Assembly (NCBI GenBank): GCA_964461915.1
Contig: CAYWVD010000001.1
Span: 235,168-299,167 of the forward strand
From: an uncultured Candidatus Saccharibacteria bacterium
Lineage (GTDB): Bacteria > Patescibacteriota > Dojkabacteria > B142 > OLB20
Direction of reading: 5' to 3'
DNA: 64,000 nucleotides
Below the pieces are notes generated by a model. The model was given only the letters and a program-made list of their open reading frames with translations, made no database searches and was not told the DNA's origin. How positions within the stretch are numbered: position 1 is the stretch's first letter; each line of letters begins with the position of its first letter. Of the stretch, positions 9,673 to 18,000 are shown in pieces. A program made the position numbers and the translations under genes.

Positions 9673-10452
9673 TTAATGAGGTAAAAAAACTTTTTTTATA
9701 TGTTCGGGAAAGCTTTGAACTTCCTCAGGGAAAATGCTTGTTATTTCAAGTAATACATCTTGCGGTTCTTTATAATGACCTCCCTTTTTTAGAATATTAA
9801 TTAAGCCTTCTTGGCCACTAGACTCTAATATAGTTATAAGATTTTCGGCTTTTAAAGACAATTCTTCCCACTGCGATTCAGTTAATGCGTTAAAATTCAT
9901 CCAATTTTTAAGTTCGTTGAAAACAGTTTTAATCTCCATGAGTAATCCCATATTAGAATTATCGAAGACTAGAGAATGTTTAGCATTAATTGTTTCAATA
10001 TCAAAATAATCAAAACCCCATAAATCGGTGTATTTCTTTTTTAAAACTGAATCCCTTTCATCAAGAAATTCCATATCAACTTTATTGATTGATATCCTTT
10101 CACGCCTTACTTCAAATGGAGTAGTAAGAAATATTGAAAAGACTTTTGGGTTTTTACCTATTCTAAAAACAGAGATATCAGCATCAATTAAAATATTAGA
10201 GGAATTAAGTAATTTGTAGTCTATGAATTGATCAACAGCTTTCCCAATAATATCTTCTATATAGTCATCAAATTGGGGCCTGGAAATACCAACATTTGAA
10301 AATCCGAGTTTTGAACCAAGGTAACGATAAATATTTCCTATATAGATAAAATCTCTTTCGAATAAACAAGCAAGTAATAGCGCTAATGTTGTACATCCGC
10401 TACCAGGCCACCCGCTAACACTAAAGTTGATTTTTTTTGTTTCGTCATCCAT
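9673..10452 (-). CDS. P-loop NTPase / kinase-like protein (cytidylate-kinase-like fold?)
   Basis: N-terminal Walker A-like GWPGSGCTTLA. No other specific motif seen. Confidence 0.35.
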   Translation of the reverse strand: MDDETKKINFSVSGWPGSGCTTLALLLACLFERDFIYIGNIYRYLGSKLGFSNVGISRPQFDDYIEDIIGKAVDQFIDYKLLNSSNILIDADISVFRIGKNPKVFSIFLTTPFEVRRERISINKVDMEFLDERDSVLKKKYTDLWGFDYFDIETINAKHSLVFDNSNMGLLMEIKTVFNELKNWMNFNALTESQWEELSLKAENLITILESSGQEGLINILKKGGHYKEPQDVLLEITSIFPEEVQSFPEHIKKVFLPH

Positions 10453-11200
10453 TTAATATCATTCTATAAGATTTAATTTCCTTTTCAATAACAGATTGTA
10501 TCCAATTATTTTGAATAGTTAATATTTTTAACCATTGCTCTTCAGTCAATTTTATTATATCAAGTTCTGAAAAATCTTTTTTTCTTAAATATTTTTGGAC
10601 TTTAAGAATAGTATCTTCAACTAAATCAGAATCATCTTTTACGTCAAAATGATTTTCACAAACATAGCCTAATGAATTACTTTGAATTATATTTTTTCTA
10701 GGTTTCCCTAATTTGAATGGCTCGTTACAGATTGAGCAATTTAATAAATCAGGTTCGAATCCAAAAATCTCCAAGCATCTTATTTGAAAATAGGCTAGAG
10801 TAGGTAATACACGATCAAGATTTTCTTCAAGATAATCTAGGATATCAATTACGAGTACAAAAAGATCTTCTTGAGACGCATCTTCTATAGTAAAGAAATT
10901 TAGTATTTCAATTATGTAAAAGATTGTAGCAATGCCTAAGCCACTTGCCTTTAAATTTGAATATGATGAGACAATATTTGTTTGGAGTAAAAGGTCGAAC
11001 TCGGATTTGCTTTTATAGTATTGGATTTTTACATGATTCCCTGGATCAAGTGATGGGGCATTTTTACTTAGAGTTTTACTTGCTCCTTTAACTATTAATT
11101 TTAGTTTTCCATTCCCCCGGGAAAAACAAATCAATAATTTAGTAGCTTCTTTAAGAGGTCTTAATTGTAAAATTAAGACCTCTTCATTGATGTTTCGCAT
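10445..11200 (-). CDS. recO: DNA repair protein RecO
   Basis: N-terminal OB-fold pattern (VLILQLRPLKEATKLLICFSRGNGKLKLIVKGASK) and a C-terminal CxxC...C zinc motif (CSICNEPF...YVCENHF). Sits just downstream of the nrd operon. Confidence 0.55.
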   Translation of the reverse strand: MRNINEEVLILQLRPLKEATKLLICFSRGNGKLKLIVKGASKTLSKNAPSLDPGNHVKIQYYKSKSEFDLLLQTNIVSSYSNLKASGLGIATIFYIIEILNFFTIEDASQEDLFVLVIDILDYLEENLDRVLPTLAYFQIRCLEIFGFEPDLLNCSICNEPFKLGKPRKNIIQSNSLGYVCENHFDVKDDSDLVEDTILKVQKYLRKKDFSELDIIKLTEEQWLKILTIQNNWIQSVIEKEIKSYRMILNG

Positions 11201-11207
11201 TGATTAT

Positions 11208-14200
11208 TTATCCGCACTTAGAAAAACCGCATGATCTACATAATATACATCCTTCGGCATACTCAAGATCGCTTCCACATTCCGGACATTCAAAAAGATC
11301 ACCAAATTCATTAGATTTTGAGTAATGACTATGTTCTTCATTTTCAAAAATTGGAGCCGTATCTTTTACAGCACTTTCGGTTTTGGGTAGAATTGCAACA
11401 ATTTTCTCTTCGGGAACATCGTTAATCAAAGGTTTATCTTCAATAACAGGGATTTCTAAATTGATAATGTTTTTGGGATCAGGTATCAATTTTATTTGTT
11501 GAGCTTCGGATTCTAAATGTTTTTTCATTATTTTAGCTACAGCATCCGGAACTGAATAAACAATCATACCTTTATTCAAAGTAGGTGTTGAAGTTCTAAT
11601 ACCTTGAAGTTGCTTAATAATCATTTTGGGCATTATTCCACTTCGTAGGGACATTGATATCAAGCGGCCCATGGCTTCAGTATATCCAGCAGTAAAACTT
11701 CCGCTTTTACCAAGATTCAGGAAAACTTCGACAATACCTTTAGAATCTGAGTTTATAGTCACATATAAGTCACCTTGTTCGGTTTTTACCTCATAAGTCC
11801 TTCCATTAGTGAATTCTTCCCGTTTTCGTGGTTCTAATTGATTTCGAGGAATTTCAGGAGTGGTTATTGGAATTGGTTTAATATCCTCAGTTTTCTTTTT
11901 AGTACCTACCTGAAGTGCTGGATCTTTACTCCCATCTCTAAAAACTGTAATACCTTTACATTTTAATTCATAAGCCAAGGTATAGATCCTTGCGATATCT
12001 TGCCAGGTGGCGTTATTAGGAAGGTTAATTGTTTTAGAAACTGCGCTATCTATATGCTTTTGAAAAGCCGCTTGAATGAAAACATGTTGTTCAGGATCGA
12101 TTTCATGAGTTGTTTTAAAAACATCTACAATGTATTTGGGAACATTGTATTTATCGGAAATTTCGTTAAGGTGCTTGCCAGAGGCAATTTCATGAATAAA
12201 TTCTTCACTATAAAATCCTAAAGATTCAGCTACTTCTTTAATTAGTGGGTCAACTACCTCTTGGTCAGCCCCACCCATAGAATTCTTCCTTCGGTAACCC
12301 AGTGCAAAAATCGGTTCGATGCCAGGATTACAATTAGCTATAATTGAAATTGTTCCTGTAGGAGCAATGGTTGTTACTCGTGTATTTCGCATCGCCTTTA
12401 TACCTTGAGATGCCCAGGTTGAATTTTGGAATTCCGGAAAACTACCTTTTTCAAATCCTAGATCAACTGAAGCTTGATGAGCTGATTTTTGAATAAACTT
12501 CATTACTTCTTCTGCGATAGTTATGGATTCATCGTTACCATAACTTACTCCAAGTTTGATTAATAGATCAGCAAAGCCCATTATGCCTACACCAATATTT
12601 CTTGTCCTTTTTGTCATTTCTTCAATTTCTTTGATTGGATAATGATTGATATCAATTACATCATCCAAGAATCTTACAGCGTATTCTATTACGACTTTTA
12701 ACCTATCCCAGTTAATGAATTGTAGTTTGTCGGCAATAGACATTTTTTGAATATTATCTTCCCCAATAAGAGGGAATCCCATAACAAACTTACTTAAATT
12801 TATGTGACCCATATTGCAAGTTTCAAATGGGATTAATGGTTGTTCTCCGCAAGGATTAGTCGCATTCATTTTACCAAGAGATGGTGTAGTATTCCCTTTT
12901 TCAGCATTATCCAAAAAGAACATGCCGGGATCACCGCTTTGCCAAGCCTTTTTTGCAATTTCTTCGAATAGATCGCGTGCATTTATCGTTTGATAAACCT
13001 TACCGTCATGGGGATCAATCAAATCCCACTCCTGTGAATTTTTTACAGCTTTCATGAATTTATCACTTGCACCAACGGAAATGTTGTAATGGGTGATCGA
13101 AACTAAATCGTCTTTGGATGCAATAAAATCCAAAATATTGGGATGGTCTGCATTTAAAATTGCCATTGATCCCAAGCCTCTTCCGCCTCGACCTCTTATA
13201 GTATCTTGAGCTCGATTATACATACGAATGTATTCTATTGGACCAGCAGCAAATTCTCCTGTTGAAGAAACTTTTGAATAAGATGATCTAATCTTAGAAA
13301 AATTAAAACCTGTTCCTACGCCTCTTCTTAAGCATTGAATATTCCAATTAAGGCTTTGGAATATTGAATCAATTGAATCATTTATTGGTAAAACTAGGCA
13401 TTTTGATATGACCGTATCTTTACCCATACCAGCCCAAATTAAAGTGCCTCCACACAAAAACTCACCATTGTTCATAATCTCTTCGAATTTTGAAGTGAAT
13501 TCTTCGCGTAAATCTGGAATTTCAGCGCTTGCAATGTAAGAAGCTATTCTTCGCCATAATTCTTCAGGAGTTTCTAAAATTTCTCCTGAATCAGATTTAC
13601 TTAATGCCCTTTTACCTAATACTTCTATGGCATTTGGAGTAAGTTGATTTTTAATTATTGATTTTGAAATTGTTTTAACTTCATCTTTTATTTTGGATTC
13701 ACCAATTTTACCTAATACTTGATCTTGTTTTGAGCCATCTCGATAAATTGTAATGCCTTTACATTTGGTTTCCCAAGCTAGAATATAGGCTTTTTTTACA
13801 TCATCTATGGTTGAATCAGCAGGCAGGTTAATTGTTTTACTAACAGCGGCATCAATATGTTTTTGTGCAGCAGCTTGCATTAAAACATGCCAATCGTAAG
13901 AGATTTCGTGAGTAGTAACAAAAATCTCATAGGCTTCCTTAGGTAAACCTTTAATTCCTTTTAATGAGCCATTGTTTTTAGCTATTTTTTCCATTAATTC
14001 TTTGGAATAAAAACCCTGTTCTTTGGCATAAGATTCAAATTCTTTCTCAACAAATAGAAGAGATTTTTTATCCTCCTTTGAATCGTCTTGGTAGAACATC
14101 GAAACTTGATACACCAAGGAGAAAACAGGTTCGATGCCACTACTTACATTTGCAAGCAAGCTTATTGTCCCGGTTGGAGCAATCGAGGTAAATGTTGCAT

Positions 14201-15527
14201 TTCTGACCTTTATCCCTTTTTTATCCCATACACTACCTTTGAATCCTGGGAATACGCCTCGTTCTTTGGCAAGTTCTACAGATTCGTTTTGGCATTCTGT
14301 AGCAATAAATTTACCTATCTTATCCATTAATTTAATCGCCTTTTCACTGTTATAGGGGATCCCTAATTTGTAAAGTAATGAACTAAAACCCATAAAACCA
14401 AGTCCAGATTTTCTTGTCAATGCAACTTCTTTTTGTATCTGATTTAATGTAAATCTACTATTGTCAATCATATTGTCCAGTAAATGCATCCCTGTATGAA
14501 TGGTATTTCTCAAAGATTCCCAATCAATTTCATATTTACCATTTACAGAAATTACATGCGAAGGTAGAACAACCGATCCAAGATTGCATGATTCATAAGC
14601 CCTTAAAGGTTCTTCACCACATGGATTCGTTGCTTCAATAATCCCTAGCTCCGGTGTTGGATTTGCTTTTTGAGCTGTGTCTAAAAAGAAAATACCAGGA
14701 TCAGCTGATCGATATGCTACATCACAAATTTCATCAAAAACGGCTCTGGCTTTCAGTTTCTTAATAACATTGCCGTTTCGAGGATTTATTAATTCATATT
14801 CTTCATCATTTTTTACCTTATTCATGAAATCATCTGTTATACCAACGCTAATATTGAAGTTGCGAATAGTATTGTCTTTTTCTTTTAAGTGAATAAATTC
14901 CAAAATATCTGGATGATTTACATTTAAAATAGCCATATTACCTCCACCTCTTTTTTTACCCTGAAGTATTTGATCAAAAGCCTGAGAAAAAGTTTTGATG
15001 AAATGTAAAGGCCCAGCAGCTACATTCGGCGTCCCTCCAACAGAATCTCCTTTTGGTCGAATATGCGAAAAGTTAAATCCTGTACCGCCATTGTTTTTTT
15101 GAACAATAGCAGCCTCTTTCATAACTTGAAAAATGTGTTCCAAACTATCTTCAATTGGCAAAACAAAACAAGATGCTAACTGACCGGTGCCATCAACTTT
15201 ATTTCCAGCTTCATAGAGAACCCTTGATCCTGGTAAGTATTTATTTGATGCCATAACTGTATAAAAATCTTTAGCTGTTTTGAGTACAGCTTTGTTTTTC
15301 CTTTGTATGGCACCTTTTACATATTTAGCATCTTCTAAAGCTAGAGTACTTGCTACTCGCCAAAACATATCTTTGGGTGTTTCAATAGGGTTTCCTTTTT
15401 CATCTCTTAAAAGATGTCTTTTAGACATAATTTTAATGGAATTTTCATTAAAGTTGGGCTCTATAAGATCGTGGGGCATTTCTTTAACAGATTCTAAATC
15501 AATTAAGTTTTTGGATGTATCGTTCAT
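11208..15527 (-). CDS. nrdJ: Fused tandem class II (adenosylcobalamin-type, NrdJ-like) ribonucleotide reductase: two complete catalytic modules in one 1439-aa ORF plus a C-terminal Cys-rich zinc-ribbon tail
   Basis: Module 1 has LASCFVLPI ... ATNPCGEEPLRAYESCNLGSV ... TSIAPTGTISLLANVSSGIEPVFSLVY ... CKGITIYRDGSK. Module 2 has ISKCLVLPI ... ATNPCGEQPLIPFETCNMGHI ... TTIAPTGTISIIANCNPGIEPIFALGY ... CKGITVFRDGSK. The tail is CPECGSDLEYAEGCILCRSCGFSKCG. The two halves are homologous to each other along their whole length. Confidence 0.75.
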   Translation of the reverse strand: MNDTSKNLIDLESVKEMPHDLIEPNFNENSIKIMSKRHLLRDEKGNPIETPKDMFWRVASTLALEDAKYVKGAIQRKNKAVLKTAKDFYTVMASNKYLPGSRVLYEAGNKVDGTGQLASCFVLPIEDSLEHIFQVMKEAAIVQKNNGGTGFNFSHIRPKGDSVGGTPNVAAGPLHFIKTFSQAFDQILQGKKRGGGNMAILNVNHPDILEFIHLKEKDNTIRNFNISVGITDDFMNKVKNDEEYELINPRNGNVIKKLKARAVFDEICDVAYRSADPGIFFLDTAQKANPTPELGIIEATNPCGEEPLRAYESCNLGSVVLPSHVISVNGKYEIDWESLRNTIHTGMHLLDNMIDNSRFTLNQIQKEVALTRKSGLGFMGFSSLLYKLGIPYNSEKAIKLMDKIGKFIATECQNESVELAKERGVFPGFKGSVWDKKGIKVRNATFTSIAPTGTISLLANVSSGIEPVFSLVYQVSMFYQDDSKEDKKSLLFVEKEFESYAKEQGFYSKELMEKIAKNNGSLKGIKGLPKEAYEIFVTTHEISYDWHVLMQAAAQKHIDAAVSKTINLPADSTIDDVKKAYILAWETKCKGITIYRDGSKQDQVLGKIGESKIKDEVKTISKSIIKNQLTPNAIEVLGKRALSKSDSGEILETPEELWRRIASYIASAEIPDLREEFTSKFEEIMNNGEFLCGGTLIWAGMGKDTVISKCLVLPINDSIDSIFQSLNWNIQCLRRGVGTGFNFSKIRSSYSKVSSTGEFAAGPIEYIRMYNRAQDTIRGRGGRGLGSMAILNADHPNILDFIASKDDLVSITHYNISVGASDKFMKAVKNSQEWDLIDPHDGKVYQTINARDLFEEIAKKAWQSGDPGMFFLDNAEKGNTTPSLGKMNATNPCGEQPLIPFETCNMGHINLSKFVMGFPLIGEDNIQKMSIADKLQFINWDRLKVVIEYAVRFLDDVIDINHYPIKEIEEMTKRTRNIGVGIMGFADLLIKLGVSYGNDESITIAEEVMKFIQKSAHQASVDLGFEKGSFPEFQNSTWASQGIKAMRNTRVTTIAPTGTISIIANCNPGIEPIFALGYRRKNSMGGADQEVVDPLIKEVAESLGFYSEEFIHEIASGKHLNEISDKYNVPKYIVDVFKTTHEIDPEQHVFIQAAFQKHIDSAVSKTINLPNNATWQDIARIYTLAYELKCKGITVFRDGSKDPALQVGTKKKTEDIKPIPITTPEIPRNQLEPRKREEFTNGRTYEVKTEQGDLYVTINSDSKGIVEVFLNLGKSGSFTAGYTEAMGRLISMSLRSGIMPKMIIKQLQGIRTSTPTLNKGMIVYSVPDAVAKIMKKHLESEAQQIKLIPDPKNIINLEIPVIEDKPLINDVPEEKIVAILPKTESAVKDTAPIFENEEHSHYSKSNEFGDLFECPECGSDLEYAEGCILCRSCGFSKCG

Positions 15528-15547
15528 ATTTTAAATTAGTAAATTAA

Positions 15548-17335
15548 TTATTTATTATTTGAACCTAAATTTAATACTTGTTGATCTCTACTTTTATCAC
15601 GATATATAGTCATACCCTTTAATTTTGATTCTGAAGCCATAAAGAAAGCCTTTTTAATATCGGCTTTTGTAGCATTTTCTGGGAAGTTTATCGTTTTTGA
15701 AACTGCATTATCAGTAAATTTTTGGAAAGCAGCCTGCGCTTTGATATGCCATTCGGGTGTAATATCAAAAGCAGTTACAAATATCTTTTTGATTCTATCA
15801 GGGATTTTTTTTATATCTTTTAGAGTTCCTTTTGCAATGATTTCTTTCATAAGAGCTTTGTCATAAAGCCATTCATTTTTTAACTTTTCTTCTAAATATT
15901 TATTTACAAACATAATCTCAGTATCTCCCAAGGTTTCCATGTTTTTTCGTATGTATCCCAATGCAAAAAATGGTTCGATTCCACCATTACAATCGGCTAG
16001 TAATGAGGTAGTTCCGTTTGGAGCAATTGTTGTGACAGTAGCATTCCTCATGTGCTTATAGCCCGATTTATCCCATAATGACCCTTTGAAATTACCAAAA
16101 TCTCCTCTTTCTCTTCCCAACTTTTGTGATTCATCATGAGCTATTTTTTGAATAAAAGACATAACTTTTTCAGCCAATTCAATAGCTGGATCTGAGTTAT
16201 AGGGAATTTCCAATAAATAAAGCAGGTCTGCCCATCCCATGACTCCAAGTCCAATTTTTCTATTCCCAAATTTAACGATTTGTTCGATCTCTGGAAGTAA
16301 ATGGTGTGTAACAGTTACAGTATTATCCAAGAATCTAACACCAATCCTAACCACCTTTTCTAATCTCTTCCAATTAATTTTATCTGCGGGACTGATCCTT
16401 TCTAAAAGCTTATCTTCAAAAATAAACTTATTTAAAACTACAGACCCCAAATTGCAAGCTTCATAGGGTAGAAGAGGTTGTTCCCCACATTGATTAGTTG
16501 CCGTCATTTTCCCAACATTAAGCGTAGGATTGTGTCTGTTAACTTCATCAATAAAAATAAAACCTGGTTCTCCACTTTTATAAATACTATCAACAATTAG
16601 ATCAAGAAGTTCTGTTGCTTTAACTTTTTTATAGACTTTGCCATCGTGTACAAGTGGAAAAAAGTCATCATTCTTTAGAGCCTTAATAAAATCATCTGTA
16701 ATTGCGATTGAAATATTAAAATTTGTAAGTTGAGAATAATCTTTTTTTGCAGTTATAAATTTTTCAATATTCGGGTGATCAATACGCAAAATGCCCATAT
16801 GTCCTGCATGCCTAATTGCTCCTCGATTTAATATAACTTCTGAAGAAAAATCATAGAGTCTCATGAATGAAATTGGCCCGCTTGCTTCGCGGCCTGTAGA
16901 TTTTACTATAGACCCATCTGGGCGCACTTCAGAAAAATCATAACCGATACCCGCTCCTCGTCTATGTAAAATCACAGTTTTAGCCAAAGTGCCATAAATT
17001 GATTCCAAACTATCATGAATTGGCATAACATAACATGCAGCTACAATGTCCTTATTCCCTCTATCAAGAAGAGGCATACCGGACAAGAACTCTAAATTAG
17101 CTTGAATCTCATAAAAGTCATTTTCAATTTGGATTAATTTTTCTTTATCAGGTATTTTATAATTCTTTTTTTTGTCAGAAAGGTCAGATTCTGCGGTAAC
17201 CATAAATTTAGATATTCTTTCAAACATCTGTGCAGGCGTCTCATCTTCTTGACCTTTCTTGTTTATCTTAAAATACCTTTTCTTGGCTATCATTAGTGCG
17301 TTATCAGTAAATTGGGGCGAGATTTTATTTTTCAT
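15548..17335 (-). CDS. nrdJ: Class II ribonucleotide reductase (NrdJ-like), third catalytic module as a separate 595-aa ORF, no C-terminal zinc-ribbon tail
   Basis: VAACYVMPI ... ATNQCGEQPLLPYEACNLGSV ... TTIAPNGTTSLLADCNGGIEPFFALGY ... LKGMTIYRDKSR. Collinear with both modules of the upstream fused ORF. Confidence 0.8.
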   Translation of the reverse strand: MKNKISPQFTDNALMIAKKRYFKINKKGQEDETPAQMFERISKFMVTAESDLSDKKKNYKIPDKEKLIQIENDFYEIQANLEFLSGMPLLDRGNKDIVAACYVMPIHDSLESIYGTLAKTVILHRRGAGIGYDFSEVRPDGSIVKSTGREASGPISFMRLYDFSSEVILNRGAIRHAGHMGILRIDHPNIEKFITAKKDYSQLTNFNISIAITDDFIKALKNDDFFPLVHDGKVYKKVKATELLDLIVDSIYKSGEPGFIFIDEVNRHNPTLNVGKMTATNQCGEQPLLPYEACNLGSVVLNKFIFEDKLLERISPADKINWKRLEKVVRIGVRFLDNTVTVTHHLLPEIEQIVKFGNRKIGLGVMGWADLLYLLEIPYNSDPAIELAEKVMSFIQKIAHDESQKLGRERGDFGNFKGSLWDKSGYKHMRNATVTTIAPNGTTSLLADCNGGIEPFFALGYIRKNMETLGDTEIMFVNKYLEEKLKNEWLYDKALMKEIIAKGTLKDIKKIPDRIKKIFVTAFDITPEWHIKAQAAFQKFTDNAVSKTINFPENATKADIKKAFFMASESKLKGMTIYRDKSRDQQVLNLGSNNK

Positions 17336-17344
17336 ATAAAATTT

Positions 17345-17794
17345 TTAAATATTTAATTCGTTAATAGCTTTTTGAAAGTCATTTAAGTTTTTAAAATCTT
17401 TATAAACTGACGCATAAAGCAAATATCCGACTTTATCAATTTCTTTTAATTTTTCTAATACTAGTTCTCCAATTTCAATGCTTTTAATATAGGTTGTTTT
17501 CGAGTTTAGTAGTGAATTTTCAATATCGTTTATTAAATTATCAATAACGGACTCTTGAATTCTTCTTTTTTTGATTGCAGTTAAAATACCTCTTTTCAAT
17601 TTTTCTCTATCAAAGTCTTCAATTTTCCCACTCCTTTTAATAACATTTAAGCAAATTGATTGTATCCTTTCATAAGTTGTGAACCTTTTTAAACAGTCTA
17701 AACATTCTCTACGACGACGAACAGAGGACGTCGAGATATTATCTCTTTTATCAACGACTCTAGTTTTTCTAGATTTACAATAAGGACAAATCAT
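17345..17794 (-). CDS. nrdR: Transcriptional repressor NrdR (zinc ribbon + ATP-cone). Start taken at MICPYC (ATG at 17792-17794), not the longer ORF start at 17848
   Basis: MICPYCKSRKTRVVDKRDNISTSSVRRRRECLDCLKRFTTYERIQ is near-identical in pattern to the NrdR N-terminus (M.CP.C ... SVRRRR.C..C..RFTT.E). Confidence 0.8.
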   Translation of the reverse strand: MICPYCKSRKTRVVDKRDNISTSSVRRRRECLDCLKRFTTYERIQSICLNVIKRSGKIEDFDREKLKRGILTAIKKRRIQESVIDNLINDIENSLLNSKTTYIKSIEIGELVLEKLKEIDKVGYLLYASVYKDFKNLNDFQKAINELNI

Positions 17795-17842
17795 ATACAA
17801 TCTATAGTGTGGAGAGATTAAAGTAACAACAACTAGTTGTGT
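17795..17842 (-). promoter_or_regulatory. NrdR-box-like operators upstream of nrdR. Box 1 at 17795-17810, directly abutting the nrdR ATG. A palindrome at 17827-17842 sits about three helical turns away. Region is shared with the divergent Mur-ligase gene
   Basis: In gene orientation box 1 reads ACACTATAGATTGTAT, matching 14 of 16 positions of the NrdR box consensus as recalled from the literature (acaCwAtATaTwGtgt). The second element contains the perfect 12-bp palindrome ACAACTAGTTGT at 17829-17840. Confidence 0.45.
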
Positions 17843-18000
17843 AGTCAAATTAAAATTCTTTATTGTCTGCTTTGAATATTAGTCGAATTGTTGAAATTTT
17901 GTTACCATTTTTTGTTCCAAATTTACTTTAAAGTGCTGAAGTTTAAAATTTTGATTTGATTTTCATAATTGATATACTCTTATAAATATTAAATAAAACA

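Noticed and set aside
11208-15527. Inteins as the explanation for the 1439-aa RNR ORF
   Set aside because: The extra length is a second full RNR catalytic module homologous to the first, with its own NPCGE and TIAPTGT blocks. There is no Hint-domain block A/B/F/G, no endonuclease motif, and no Cys/Ser...His-Asn splice junctions.
12000-15534. Several 70-85-aa plus-strand ORFs inside the nrdJ fusion (12000-12221, 14088-14355, 14677-14892, 15280-15534) and similar antisense ORFs inside mutS (28260-28772, 170 aa), integrase (43783-44142) and mfd (24810-25043, 25420-25677)
   Set aside because: Antisense to long, well-supported genes, low-complexity translations, no motifs. Typical shadow ORFs in AT-rich DNA.
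17795-17848. Longer nrdR ORF starting at 17848 (MTTQLVVV...)
   Set aside because: NrdR proteins begin at the M-x-C-P-x-C zinc-ribbon motif. The extra 18 codons would cover the NrdR-box-like operator, so the downstream ATG at 17794 is preferred.
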